The position numbers and the translations under genes are program-made. From contig JBOGGP010000001.1 of assembly GCA_050744105.1 (NCBI GenBank), positions 1 through 40,327 on the forward strand: 40,327 nt of DNA. The letters are read 5' to 3'. The DNA is from Acidimicrobiales bacterium (GTDB lineage Bacteria > Actinomycetota > Acidimicrobiia > Acidimicrobiales > Palsa-688). Shown one piece after another: positions 23,647-32,000 of the stretch (position 1 is the stretch's first letter; every line of letters begins with the position of its first letter). The notes under the pieces are model-generated. The model was not told where the DNA came from. It did not search any database and saw only the letters and a program-made list of their open reading frames with translations.

Positions 23647-24804
23647 TCAGCCCGCCCAGTTGGCCTGGGCCCACAGGACGAGGTCCACCAGGGCCTTTCC
23701 GCCGGCCTCGATGTTGTTGTCCTCGTCCCCCCAGCCAAGGAAGCCGCCGGAGATCGACTCCCCGCCGCTGGTGGTGCCGATGGCGTGGGGCCCGTCCTTC
23801 CAGAAGCCGAAAAACGGGCCGCCGGAGTCTCCGGGGGTGGCACTGCCGTGGTGCTCGATCTCCTTGGCGTCGCCGTCGTTGTCGTCGTCGAGGACGGCAA
23901 TGCCCGACTGGTAGGAGGGTCGTTCGGCCCCGGCGATCGAACCGGGGTAGCCGGCGAGGGTCCAGTAGGCGCCACCCTGCCAGCCCGAGTCGTAGACTCT
24001 GGTGCCCATCCACCCCAGCCAGGACCCGATCGGGTCGTACAGGCGCAGGACGGCCATGTCGTGGGCAGCGACGGTGTCGTCGGTGTTCCAGCCGCGGTAG
24101 TCCGAGGTCCACGACTGCGCTCCCTGGCCGTCGGCTGGGGCGCCGTCCCAGTACCCGGGCACGAACTTCATGGCCCAGCTGCGCGATCCCCACGGGCACA
24201 CGTGGCCGGCCGTCACCACGTGGCGGCGGCCCACCAGCACCCCCGAGCCCGACCAGGTCCAACCGCCGCCCTTCCCCCAGTCGGTCCAGGTGAATATCCG
24301 CCCGACACACTGCCAGGGATAGCTTCCCGGCCAGAACACCTGGCGCACGTCGGGCGGGTACACCCCGTAGTAGGGATCGGTCGCCGTGCCCTTGATCCGG
24401 CGCATGGGCGCCCGGGACGCCATCTGGGTCGACGACCGGGCCTGGTAGGACAAGGGAGTCCACTCCGGCCGGAACGGCCCGGTGCTGGCCTGTGCCGGCA
24501 GGTCGTGCTCGGAGCGCTCCAGCCTGTCGCCGGTCCTGCCCGGCTGGCCCAGCTGCACGCCCTCGGGCAGCACCATCTCCCATTCCGTGGCCGGGCCCGT
24601 CGCCGCACCACCGTTGGATGGATGGAGCAGCCTGGACAGGTCTTCGTTATCGGTGTGCGCATGGAATTGCAACCGGGGCCGGGTCAGGCCCTGGTGCACC
24701 TCCATAGGAGCCTTCTGGTTGGCAGGAAGGTCCCACATCCTGGCTAGCTCCTCCGGAAGGAATGGTCTTTCGGCGCGCCTGGCGCGCTCGGCTTGACTCG
24801 ACAT
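23647..24804 (-). CDS. Trypsin-like (chymotrypsin-fold, V8/Glu-endopeptidase-like) serine protease with a ~170-aa N-terminal extension and no recognisable signal peptide
   Basis: 385-aa ORF. Catalytic triad contexts VVTAGHV (His), HDMAVLRL (Asp) and GDSGGPFF (Ser). The N-terminus MSSQAERARRAERPFLPEEL is charged, not signal-like. Confidence 0.8.
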   Translation of the reverse strand: MSSQAERARRAERPFLPEELARMWDLPANQKAPMEVHQGLTRPRLQFHAHTDNEDLSRLLHPSNGGAATGPATEWEMVLPEGVQLGQPGRTGDRLERSEHDLPAQASTGPFRPEWTPLSYQARSSTQMASRAPMRRIKGTATDPYYGVYPPDVRQVFWPGSYPWQCVGRIFTWTDWGKGGGWTWSGSGVLVGRRHVVTAGHVCPWGSRSWAMKFVPGYWDGAPADGQGAQSWTSDYRGWNTDDTVAAHDMAVLRLYDPIGSWLGWMGTRVYDSGWQGGAYWTLAGYPGSIAGAERPSYQSGIAVLDDDNDGDAKEIEHHGSATPGDSGGPFFGFWKDGPHAIGTTSGGESISGGFLGWGDEDNNIEAGGKALVDLVLWAQANWAG

Positions 24805-25193
24805 GATTGCCCCTCTGCCTACCCGTCAATTGTCCGGGATTATCCCGGCCCTCCAATCATACAACGGCGACAAATGGATGTCAAGAGCCGGATGCGGTGC
24901 TGGACCGTGACATGTGTCACCCGGCGATCGACCGGGACACTGCCGGATTCGCTCTGCGGGTGGATTGGCAGCGCGCAAGAGCTGGGAAGGGGGGCTGATC
25001 GGCCGGATCGGCGGTCACGAAGGGCGACCGGTCGCCTCGTCGGCGGCCGGCGGCGAATAGACGTCAGCTGGACCTAGCGCGCTGGGACTTGACGGACTTA
25101 CAGGAGGGACGGATCCCCAACTGCCGGACCTGGAACCGCTTGAGACAACTGGCCGCCGCCCTGCCGCCGTGCTGAGTGTCGGATGGCCTCGCG

Positions 25194-25232
25194 AAGAGGG
25201 ACCAGGCATCGAGTGTCGACCTGGTCCCTCTT
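25194..25232 (-). terminator. 13-bp perfect stem / 13-nt loop hairpin downstream of the CHAP hydrolase gene
   Basis: aagagggaccagg (25194-25206) pairs with cctggtccctctt (25220-25232). No U-tract follows, which is common in high-GC actinomycetes. Confidence 0.45.
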
Positions 25233-25334
25233 GGCACACAGATTGGGCCATAAGACTCGAGTTTAGAGTGCCGTCTCCAGGGGTGGGCTGGTTCGGCGTG
25301 CCCTCGCTCTCACCAGTTCTTGACCCAGCCTAGC

Positions 25335-26138
25335 CTAGCCTAGATAGAGGTAAGGCGGATAGGAGTTGATGTTGAACGTGTGGATGCCAGGAGTCCGACT
25401 GTCGTAGGAGCTGATGATTGTCCCACCTCCTTCGGACAATTCGACGTGTCCGTATCCGGTTGGCGAAGCCACGGACCGCCAAAAGACAAGCGCACCGGCG
25501 GGCGGCGTGCGGTCGCTGTGATGGTTCGGTGCCACCGTCCAGTAGGTGTGGGCAGAGTCATGCGATGGCCCGTACGGCAGGGCATTAGGGTTAGTGATAT
25601 TGACGCCAGCCCAGTAAAGGTACGCCTGGTAGACAAAGCCGAGGCAGTACCCATCCCAGGATGTCTGACCGAGCTTGGACTGTGCCCATGCTATTGCTCT
25701 CTGTGCGTTCGTCGCTGGCGGAGGGGGTGGCGAGCCGCAGGGCGGTACCCCACCGGCGGCCTTGTTGATAGCTGCTCCGTCGTTGACGAAGTGCTCGTTC
25801 ATCCAGCCGGAGCCGTGGCCGGGACCTCCGGCCCACGTGGCGCTAACCCACATAGTGTTGGCACTCCCAGGCACTGTTGTGCCCCCCCGATAGCAGAGTA
25901 CCCTTACGCTGGTCCCGGGATAGAATCCGTTCCCTGTCTGAGCGACCGGGGTGTTCCAGTTCGGGGCCGAGCGCCGGTAGATCCCGCCCTGGTCGTTCAT
26001 GGTGCCAAAGGTAGGAGTTGAGGCTAGTGCAGGTGCGGCTGTAACCGCGGCGGTCGTTGCTAGGGAGATTAGGAAGGCAAGCAATGCGGTCACCGAACCG
26101 ATCTTGCTTGCCGCCTGCTTGGTGGGATGTTGGGGCAT
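25335..26138 (-). CDS. Secreted peptidoglycan hydrolase: signal peptide + SH3b-like domain + Pro linker + CHAP/NlpC-P60-type amidase domain
   Basis: Track ORF 25335..26234 trimmed to ATG 26138, which is preceded by GAGAGGA. Signal-like MPQHPTKQAASKIGSVTALLAFLISLATTAAVTAAPALAS. SH3b-like GGIYRRSAPNWNTPV...VRVLCY. Catalytic Cys context WDGYCLGFVYQAY and His context GYGHVELS. GC and third-position GC are visibly lower than in the neighbours. Confidence 0.8.
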   Translation of the reverse strand: MPQHPTKQAASKIGSVTALLAFLISLATTAAVTAAPALASTPTFGTMNDQGGIYRRSAPNWNTPVAQTGNGFYPGTSVRVLCYRGGTTVPGSANTMWVSATWAGGPGHGSGWMNEHFVNDGAAINKAAGGVPPCGSPPPPPATNAQRAIAWAQSKLGQTSWDGYCLGFVYQAYLYWAGVNITNPNALPYGPSHDSAHTYWTVAPNHHSDRTPPAGALVFWRSVASPTGYGHVELSEGGGTIISSYDSRTPGIHTFNINSYPPYLYLG

Positions 26139-26375
26139 GAGGTGTCCTCTCTTGTCGGATGGTCCAGTCCCGGCGATCGGGGGCCCGGCAAGCCGCACCC
26201 GCCATGTGTGTGCTTGCCGTGAAGCTGGATCCATGCCTTCATTGTGAGGAAGTACAGTTGTGCAAACCAGGGGGCCAATTGCACATCACCAGTCGCCTAG
26301 CTAGTCTAGCTAGTCTCGTCACCCATCGGCGTTCCTGGGTCGCGCATTTCGGGACGGCGACGCACGCTGGCAGTC

Positions 26376-28082
26376 GTGCTGGAAGCCCGTCCTGCGATAA
26401 CGGCCAGCATGCGCCTGGCCACACGGGCGTGGCAGTTGGCCTCACCGCTGGGTGCCGGTGTCAGCCGTCGCCGGCGCGTCCTGGTGGGGGCCTTCGCCGG
26501 AGCGGACGTGGGCCTGTCGTTGGTGCTCCGGCGCTCCAAGCGGCCCTTGGTTGCGCCGCGGGTGGTCGTCGATGCCATCGACGCCCTCGTGTGGAACTGC
26601 CTGGCGGACAACGCCGACCAGGCAGAGGTTTCGATGGTGCCGCTCGGCCCGCTGGCCCTGGAGTGCTCCGTGCGCTATCGCTGGCTCGGCCTTGTCGAGC
26701 CGCTTGCCTGCTCGGCGGTGGCGATCGTCGTCCGGGCCCTGACCGGGCGGCCACTGCGCGCCAGCCAGGCGGCTTGGCCGGTGATAATGGCCATCCCCGG
26801 GCTCAGCATGGGCTTCGCCGACGCAGCCGACGAGGCGGCGGCTCGGGGTCAGGCCCAGGTGATCGCAGCAATGGCGGCCGACGCCGCGGAGCAGGCAGTG
26901 ACCAGGCTGAGCGTGGACACCGACTCCCTCGCCGACCTGGTGCGCGATGCCGCTCACAAGCTGGAGCTGGCCGGGGGCGATCCCACCCGGTGGGCGCTCC
27001 TCGACGACTGGAAGCGTGAGCGCAGCAGCTGGGTGACCGCCACCGGGCTCCAGTACCTGGCCACCGTGCTCCGGTCCTGGGAGGCCCAGCAGTCCCATGC
27101 CGACCTCGGTGCCCACGTCCGCTTCGTCGTCGACCGGGCCGTCGGGTTGACGTTGCTCGACCCGACCCAGGCCGCCACCCTGCTCGACGCCCTGGACGAG
27201 GACGCCCTGGCCGGGCCGACCGAGGTTCGCGTGGACGTGGTCGGTGAGGGACCGAGCGCCACCGTTGTGGTGCGCCTCGGTCCGTGCTCGGTCGTCCTGG
27301 CCGGGCCGGCATCCCTGCCCCGGCCACGGGCGGACTATGCAGTGTCGGCCCTGGCCATCCAGGCGGCGCTCATGGCGATGCCGGCGCTGCCGTCACATGG
27401 TGGCGCCTCGCCACTTGCCTGTCTCGGGCCTGCTCTTGGTGCTGGCACAGCGGCTGTGTGGGCTGCTCGCTCGGTCCCCGTGGACTCGGCCCTGCGGCGC
27501 CGGGCCCTGGTGGGCGCCGCCACCGCCGCACTCGGGGCCCACGTGTGGGGAGTGGCCCGGAGCACCTCACCACCAGGAGCGACACCGCCCAGGACAGCGA
27601 AGCCGCCCACAGGAGCCTGCAGCGCTCTACCCCGACCGGCGTTCCATCCTGCGGTGGCCGGCCACGTCAGCCTGCTGGCCGCGTACCGGTCCAGCATGTC
27701 GGGCCCCGAGCGGCACCTTGCCTGGGCCGGGTTGGCGATGGTCGTGGCCCTGGGCTTCGTGGCCAGCCCGGCGCCTCGCTCGGCCCGGGCCTATCTGGCC
27801 GACTCCGTCTGGTCAGTGGGCGCGTACGCGCTGACCCGCTCGATCGCCGTCGAGTCGGCGCGCCTGGCCTCGACCACCGGGCTGGAGAATGCCGCCATCG
27901 ACGACGCCGTGGGCGCCGCCCTCGACGGGGCCCGGAGCTTCTTCTCCGACCGGGTCCGACTGCTCGACGAGCTCGTGGACCAGGCCGGCGATAGGGTGCC
28001 CGAGGGCATCCTCGCCGAGGTTGCCCAGATGCTTGCCACCGCAGGAGAGCGATGCGCGCAGATACCGGGGTCCAGGTCGTAG
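26376..28082 (+). CDS. Polytopic membrane protein of unknown function (two hydrophobic bundles flanking a ~170-aa soluble domain; soluble C-terminal tail)
   Basis: 568-aa ORF with a GTG start; an alternative ATG lies at 26409. Hydrophobic stretches include VLVGAFAGADVGLSLVL, AAWPVIMAIPGLSMGF, YAVSALAIQAALMAMPAL and HLAWAGLAMVVALGFVA. No H-box or HATPase motifs recognised. Overlaps the next gene by 31 nt. Confidence 0.6.
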   Translation: MLEARPAITASMRLATRAWQLASPLGAGVSRRRRVLVGAFAGADVGLSLVLRRSKRPLVAPRVVVDAIDALVWNCLADNADQAEVSMVPLGPLALECSVRYRWLGLVEPLACSAVAIVVRALTGRPLRASQAAWPVIMAIPGLSMGFADAADEAAARGQAQVIAAMAADAAEQAVTRLSVDTDSLADLVRDAAHKLELAGGDPTRWALLDDWKRERSSWVTATGLQYLATVLRSWEAQQSHADLGAHVRFVVDRAVGLTLLDPTQAATLLDALDEDALAGPTEVRVDVVGEGPSATVVVRLGPCSVVLAGPASLPRPRADYAVSALAIQAALMAMPALPSHGGASPLACLGPALGAGTAAVWAARSVPVDSALRRRALVGAATAALGAHVWGVARSTSPPGATPPRTAKPPTGACSALPRPAFHPAVAGHVSLLAAYRSSMSGPERHLAWAGLAMVVALGFVASPAPRSARAYLADSVWSVGAYALTRSIAVESARLASTTGLENAAIDDAVGAALDGARSFFSDRVRLLDELVDQAGDRVPEGILAEVAQMLATAGERCAQIPGSRS

Positions 28083-28945
28083 TCGTCGACGACGACCCGG
28101 TGGAGCGGGCCGGCCGGGCGGCCCTGCTCGCTGGCGTCGCCGGGGTCCACCTCCACTGCGTGCTCAGCCCCGCACAGGCCCTGGAGCCGAGCCGCGACTG
28201 GGACCGGGTCGACGTGTTGCTGGTCGACCTGTGGGATGCCCGCAGCACCGACTTCGACCACTACCCAGGGGTTGTCGTCGCAGCCGCCGCCCGCACCCGC
28301 CGGCCCCTCGGGCTGCGCGAGGCGCTGGGTGCCGGCCGGCTGGGGGAGCAGCTGACCGTGATCGCCGTGTCGCGCCACCTGCCCAACTCCGCCCTGAACA
28401 AGCGCCTGGTCGAGGCCGGAGTGGACCTGCGTTTCGACCGGGACCACCCTTCCATGCGCGAGCCGGAGCTAACCGTGGAGGTCCTGTGCCACCCCGAGCG
28501 CCACCTCAAGGCCAACGCGGCCGTGTGGGACCGCGACCCCGGCTCGGCCGCCCTGGGCATCGGCCCGCTCACCAGGGTCAACGCGCTGGTGGCTGACGCC
28601 GGCCAGGCCGAGCCTCGGGAGCTGTTCGACGGCGCTCGGGCCTATGGCGACAATGCGGAGCGCATGCGCTGGGACCGTCGCCTCAAGGCCATGGCCGCAC
28701 AGCACGGGCTGGCTCCCCTCGCCGGGCGCCCGAGTGGAGGCCCCCACCTGGGCCGCGGCTTGTCGATCGAGGACTTTCGTTCCGTGATCGATGTCTTCCG
28801 GGGCACCCACCCGGACGGCGCGGACCTGGCCCGCACCTTCCCTCCGCTACCTGGCCGTTGGCGTAGGACTCTGGGCAAGGAGATGGAGCCGCCTATCCCG
28901 AAGGGGATGGAGCCGATGGAGCGCGACATCGACACCGGACGGTAG
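28052..28945 (+). CDS. Receiver (REC)-like domain protein with an unrecognised ~150-aa C-terminal domain
   Basis: 297-aa ORF with an ATG start. REC-like pattern VQVVVVDDDPVERAGRAALL...DVLLVDLWD...LTVIAVS (acidic pocket, phospho-acceptor-like Asp, Ser at the T87 position). No HTH or other output domain recognised. Confidence 0.65.
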   Translation: MRADTGVQVVVVDDDPVERAGRAALLAGVAGVHLHCVLSPAQALEPSRDWDRVDVLLVDLWDARSTDFDHYPGVVVAAAARTRRPLGLREALGAGRLGEQLTVIAVSRHLPNSALNKRLVEAGVDLRFDRDHPSMREPELTVEVLCHPERHLKANAAVWDRDPGSAALGIGPLTRVNALVADAGQAEPRELFDGARAYGDNAERMRWDRRLKAMAAQHGLAPLAGRPSGGPHLGRGLSIEDFRSVIDVFRGTHPDGADLARTFPPLPGRWRRTLGKEMEPPIPKGMEPMERDIDTGR

Positions 28946-29010
28946 GGCATGGCGCCTGCAGCACCGTGGTGATCATCAGTGCCACCTCCGCCCACTGGTC
29001 GTACTAAGAC

Positions 29011-29085
29011 GAGCGTTGCTTCGTTGACTCTGTTGAGGTCTTGACCAGCGTGGATACTCAAAATTCAGTCAACGAAGCAACGCTC
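29011..29085. repeat. 19-bp perfect inverted repeat (gagcgttgcttcgttgact / agtcaacgaagcaacgctc) with a 37-nt spacer, at the convergent junction; possible bidirectional terminator
   Basis: Arms at 29011-29029 and 29067-29085. An extra 5-bp pairing (ttgag/ctcaa) lies inside the spacer. The right arm overlaps the last codons of the helicase gene. Locally AT-richer. Confidence 0.6.
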
Positions 29086-32000
29086 GCCTTGGTAGTGCCC
29101 GCCGGCGGATCCGGCGTCCTCGTGGCCGGAAGCACGGCCATCCAGCAGACCACGCCGAGGTCGTCCTCGGTGATGGGCTCCAGCAGCGGAGGAGCCTCGA
29201 CCGGCTGGAGCCCGTACGAATCGACCACGGCCACTATGTCCTGGGCCGCCCTGTCCGCTGAGATGGTGGCATCGACCAGGCGGGCACGGACCTCGCTGAG
29301 CGCCTGGCGCACCGAGGAGCTTCGCTCGACGGACAAGGCCTCCTCGGCTGCGGCCGCACCGACCGGCAGCGTGACGGTGGGATCGCGAAGCAGGTCGACG
29401 GCGAAGCGCTGCGCCGGACCGATGCGCTCCTGGGCGTAGCGAGGGTCCCCCCTGCGGTTGTGAGCGGCGACGATGTCGGCCACCGCGGCCTGCCATGCGT
29501 CCTCCAGATTCACCCCGCCGTCGGAGAGGCTTACTCCCGGGGCGCTCCCGGGATTGATACGCCGGAGCATCTCCGACTCGACGTCGGTGACTCTGATGTC
29601 GGTGTCTGGGCCGTCGGCCTCCACGTACCGCCAGTAGCGCTCCCCGCCCCGGGTACGGCACGCGAAGAAGAGGCCAGGCGTGCCAGTCGACGGCACACCC
29701 GGTGCCTGCCTCCCGCTCAGGGGGCCGCTCGGGCCCTGGCGGAAGGCGGCGCCGATCCCCCACGGAAGGCCCCGGAGGCGCTGGGTCTCGCCTTCAGATA
29801 TGGCCCGCAGCACGACCGCCCGCAGGTCCTCGCCCGAGAACGCGCCGCCCTGCCCGGCGTCACCGTCGTCGTCGAGCAGGGTCTCGTCCCCGGCGGCCAG
29901 CCGGGCGGCGTAGGAGCGCAGCTCGACTTCGACGCCCTCGATGACCCCCGACTCCATGCCGTAGACACTGGCGGCGAAGATCTTGCGCAGGATGGTGGCC
30001 TCCAGGCGCAGGATCTCCTCCAGCGCCCCCGGCTCGGGCAGCATGGTCGTAAGCCGGACCGTGTCGTGGTCGCTCTTGAGGCGGATGACCCGGCCGTTGC
30101 GCTGCACCACCCGCTGGGGGTTCCAGGGCATGTCGTAGCTGATGACCGCACCCGCCTGTTGCAGGTTCTGGCCTTCCGAGAGGATGTCGGTGGACAGCAG
30201 CAGGTCGACCTCGCCGTCAGCTGGCACGTAGTCGGGGCGCACCACCGTCTTGGGAGAGAAGCGAGCCAGGGCGGCCGCCCGGCTGTCGGGGTCGCTGGCA
30301 GAGCCGATCACCACCACCCGCTCCCGCCCGGCGAAGCCCGGCGCCAGGTGACGGTCCAGGTAGTCGACGGTGTCACCGAAGCCGGCGAAGACCGCCACCT
30401 TCGCCGAAGGCGAGCCCTCGAGGAGCCGGCGGAGCAACACCAGCTTGGGGTCGGAGTCAGCGTCGAGGCCGGCCAGGCGGTCGCGGATGCGGGAAAGCAC
30501 CTCCCGGTCGGCGGCCACCGCGTCGCGGTAGTCCGGCCGGAACTCACCGCTCGGCCTCGACCCGGCGTCGCCGGCGACCTCCTCGGCCACCCACGAGGCC
30601 AGCCCGGCGTCGTCGACCTCCGCCAAGGCGGCCGCCCGCAGTGCGGCGCGCGACGCCACCACTCCGTGGTCGTCCCACGCGGCTATGAAGGCGTCGTGGG
30701 CGGCCAGCATCCGCGACACCGTGGACAGGCACGCCGCCCAGCAGGACTCGAATCGCTTGAGGACGCCCGACTGCAGCAGGCCTCCGAGGGCGGCCTCGGC
30801 GGCCTCCTCCTCGGCCCCGATCTCCCAGGCGCTGGGCCGGTACCGGGCCATGGTCAGCCCCCCGATCGACGCCGTGATGTCGGGGACCAGCCCGGGGTGG
30901 GCCTGGTCCAGGTCGTAGCGGGCGGTGACGAGCACCGGGGTAGGAAAGCGGACGGGGGTGCCGTCGGGAAAGGTGGCGCCGGGGTAGCGGTCCTCGATGA
31001 ACCGGCGGTCGCGCCGCACGCTCACCGCGTCGGCCAGCGGGAACAGCACGTCGGGGTCGAGGTTGCCCGGGTCACGTTCGCTGGCCCCGGCCCGCACAAA
31101 GAGGTCCCGGGCCGAGTCGATGCCGATGGGTGCGAAGGCCCGGTCGTGGCGGGCGAAGGCCATCACCAGGTGGTACAGGTCCCAGAGGCCGTTGTTGATG
31201 GGGGTGGCGGTGAGCAGGACCAGGTCCTTGCGCTCGCCGCCGAGCAGGCGCTCCAGCGCCCGCCGCCAGGTGGTGTCGGGGTTGCGCAGAGCGTGGGCCT
31301 CGTCGACCACCACCAGGCGGTAGGTGTCGCGCCCGGCGTGCAGGTGGCGGCGGCGGTGGGCGGCGTCGGGTGCCAGCTGCTCGTCGCCGGCCAGCTGCTG
31401 GTAGCTGACGACCTGGGCGGGCAGCCGGGCGGCGTCGATGCGCTCGGTCCAGTTGGCCACCAGCTGGGCGGGGGCGACCACCAGGGCGTGGTGGCCGCGG
31501 TGCAGGGCGTACTCCTCGATGAAGGCCAGCCCGATCTCGGTCTTGCCCGTCCCGACCCCGTCGGCGTATATGACCCCGTGGTGCTGGGCCACGATCCGCA
31601 GGGCTTGCTCGTAGCCGTCGCGCTGGAAGCCGGCCAGGGCAACCGCAGAGATCGTCGACGGGGGCAGCGGGGCCTCGAGGTCGTCGCCGTAGAGCTCCAG
31701 CAGTGCCCGCAGGTAGACCGTCTCGGGCTCGACCAGACCGGGGTCGGGGAACAGCAGGGCCTGCAGCGCCTCCTTGTAGTCGGCGGCGTCGGCCCACAGC
31801 CGCTCGAACCACTTCAGGGCGGCGCCGGCGACCGGCGGGTCGTAGTGGGCCAGGCCCAGCTCCAGGTTGGCAAACAGGCCGGCGCCGGTCAGGTTGGCCG
31901 AGGTGACCAGGGCGGCCCGGGCGTCCGCGGTGGTGCCGAACAGGTACGCCTTTCCGTGGAGAAACCGGGTGACGTAACGGCGCACCTCGACCGAAGGCTC

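Noticed and set aside
24805-25334. Short ORFs (63-94 aa) and possible tRNA/sRNA in the protease-CHAP spacer
   Set aside because: The ORFs have no start context or motifs. No cloverleaf-compatible sequence or conserved tRNA boxes (GGTTCGAATCC-type) were seen. Only the hairpin at 25194-25232 and the palindromes are reported.
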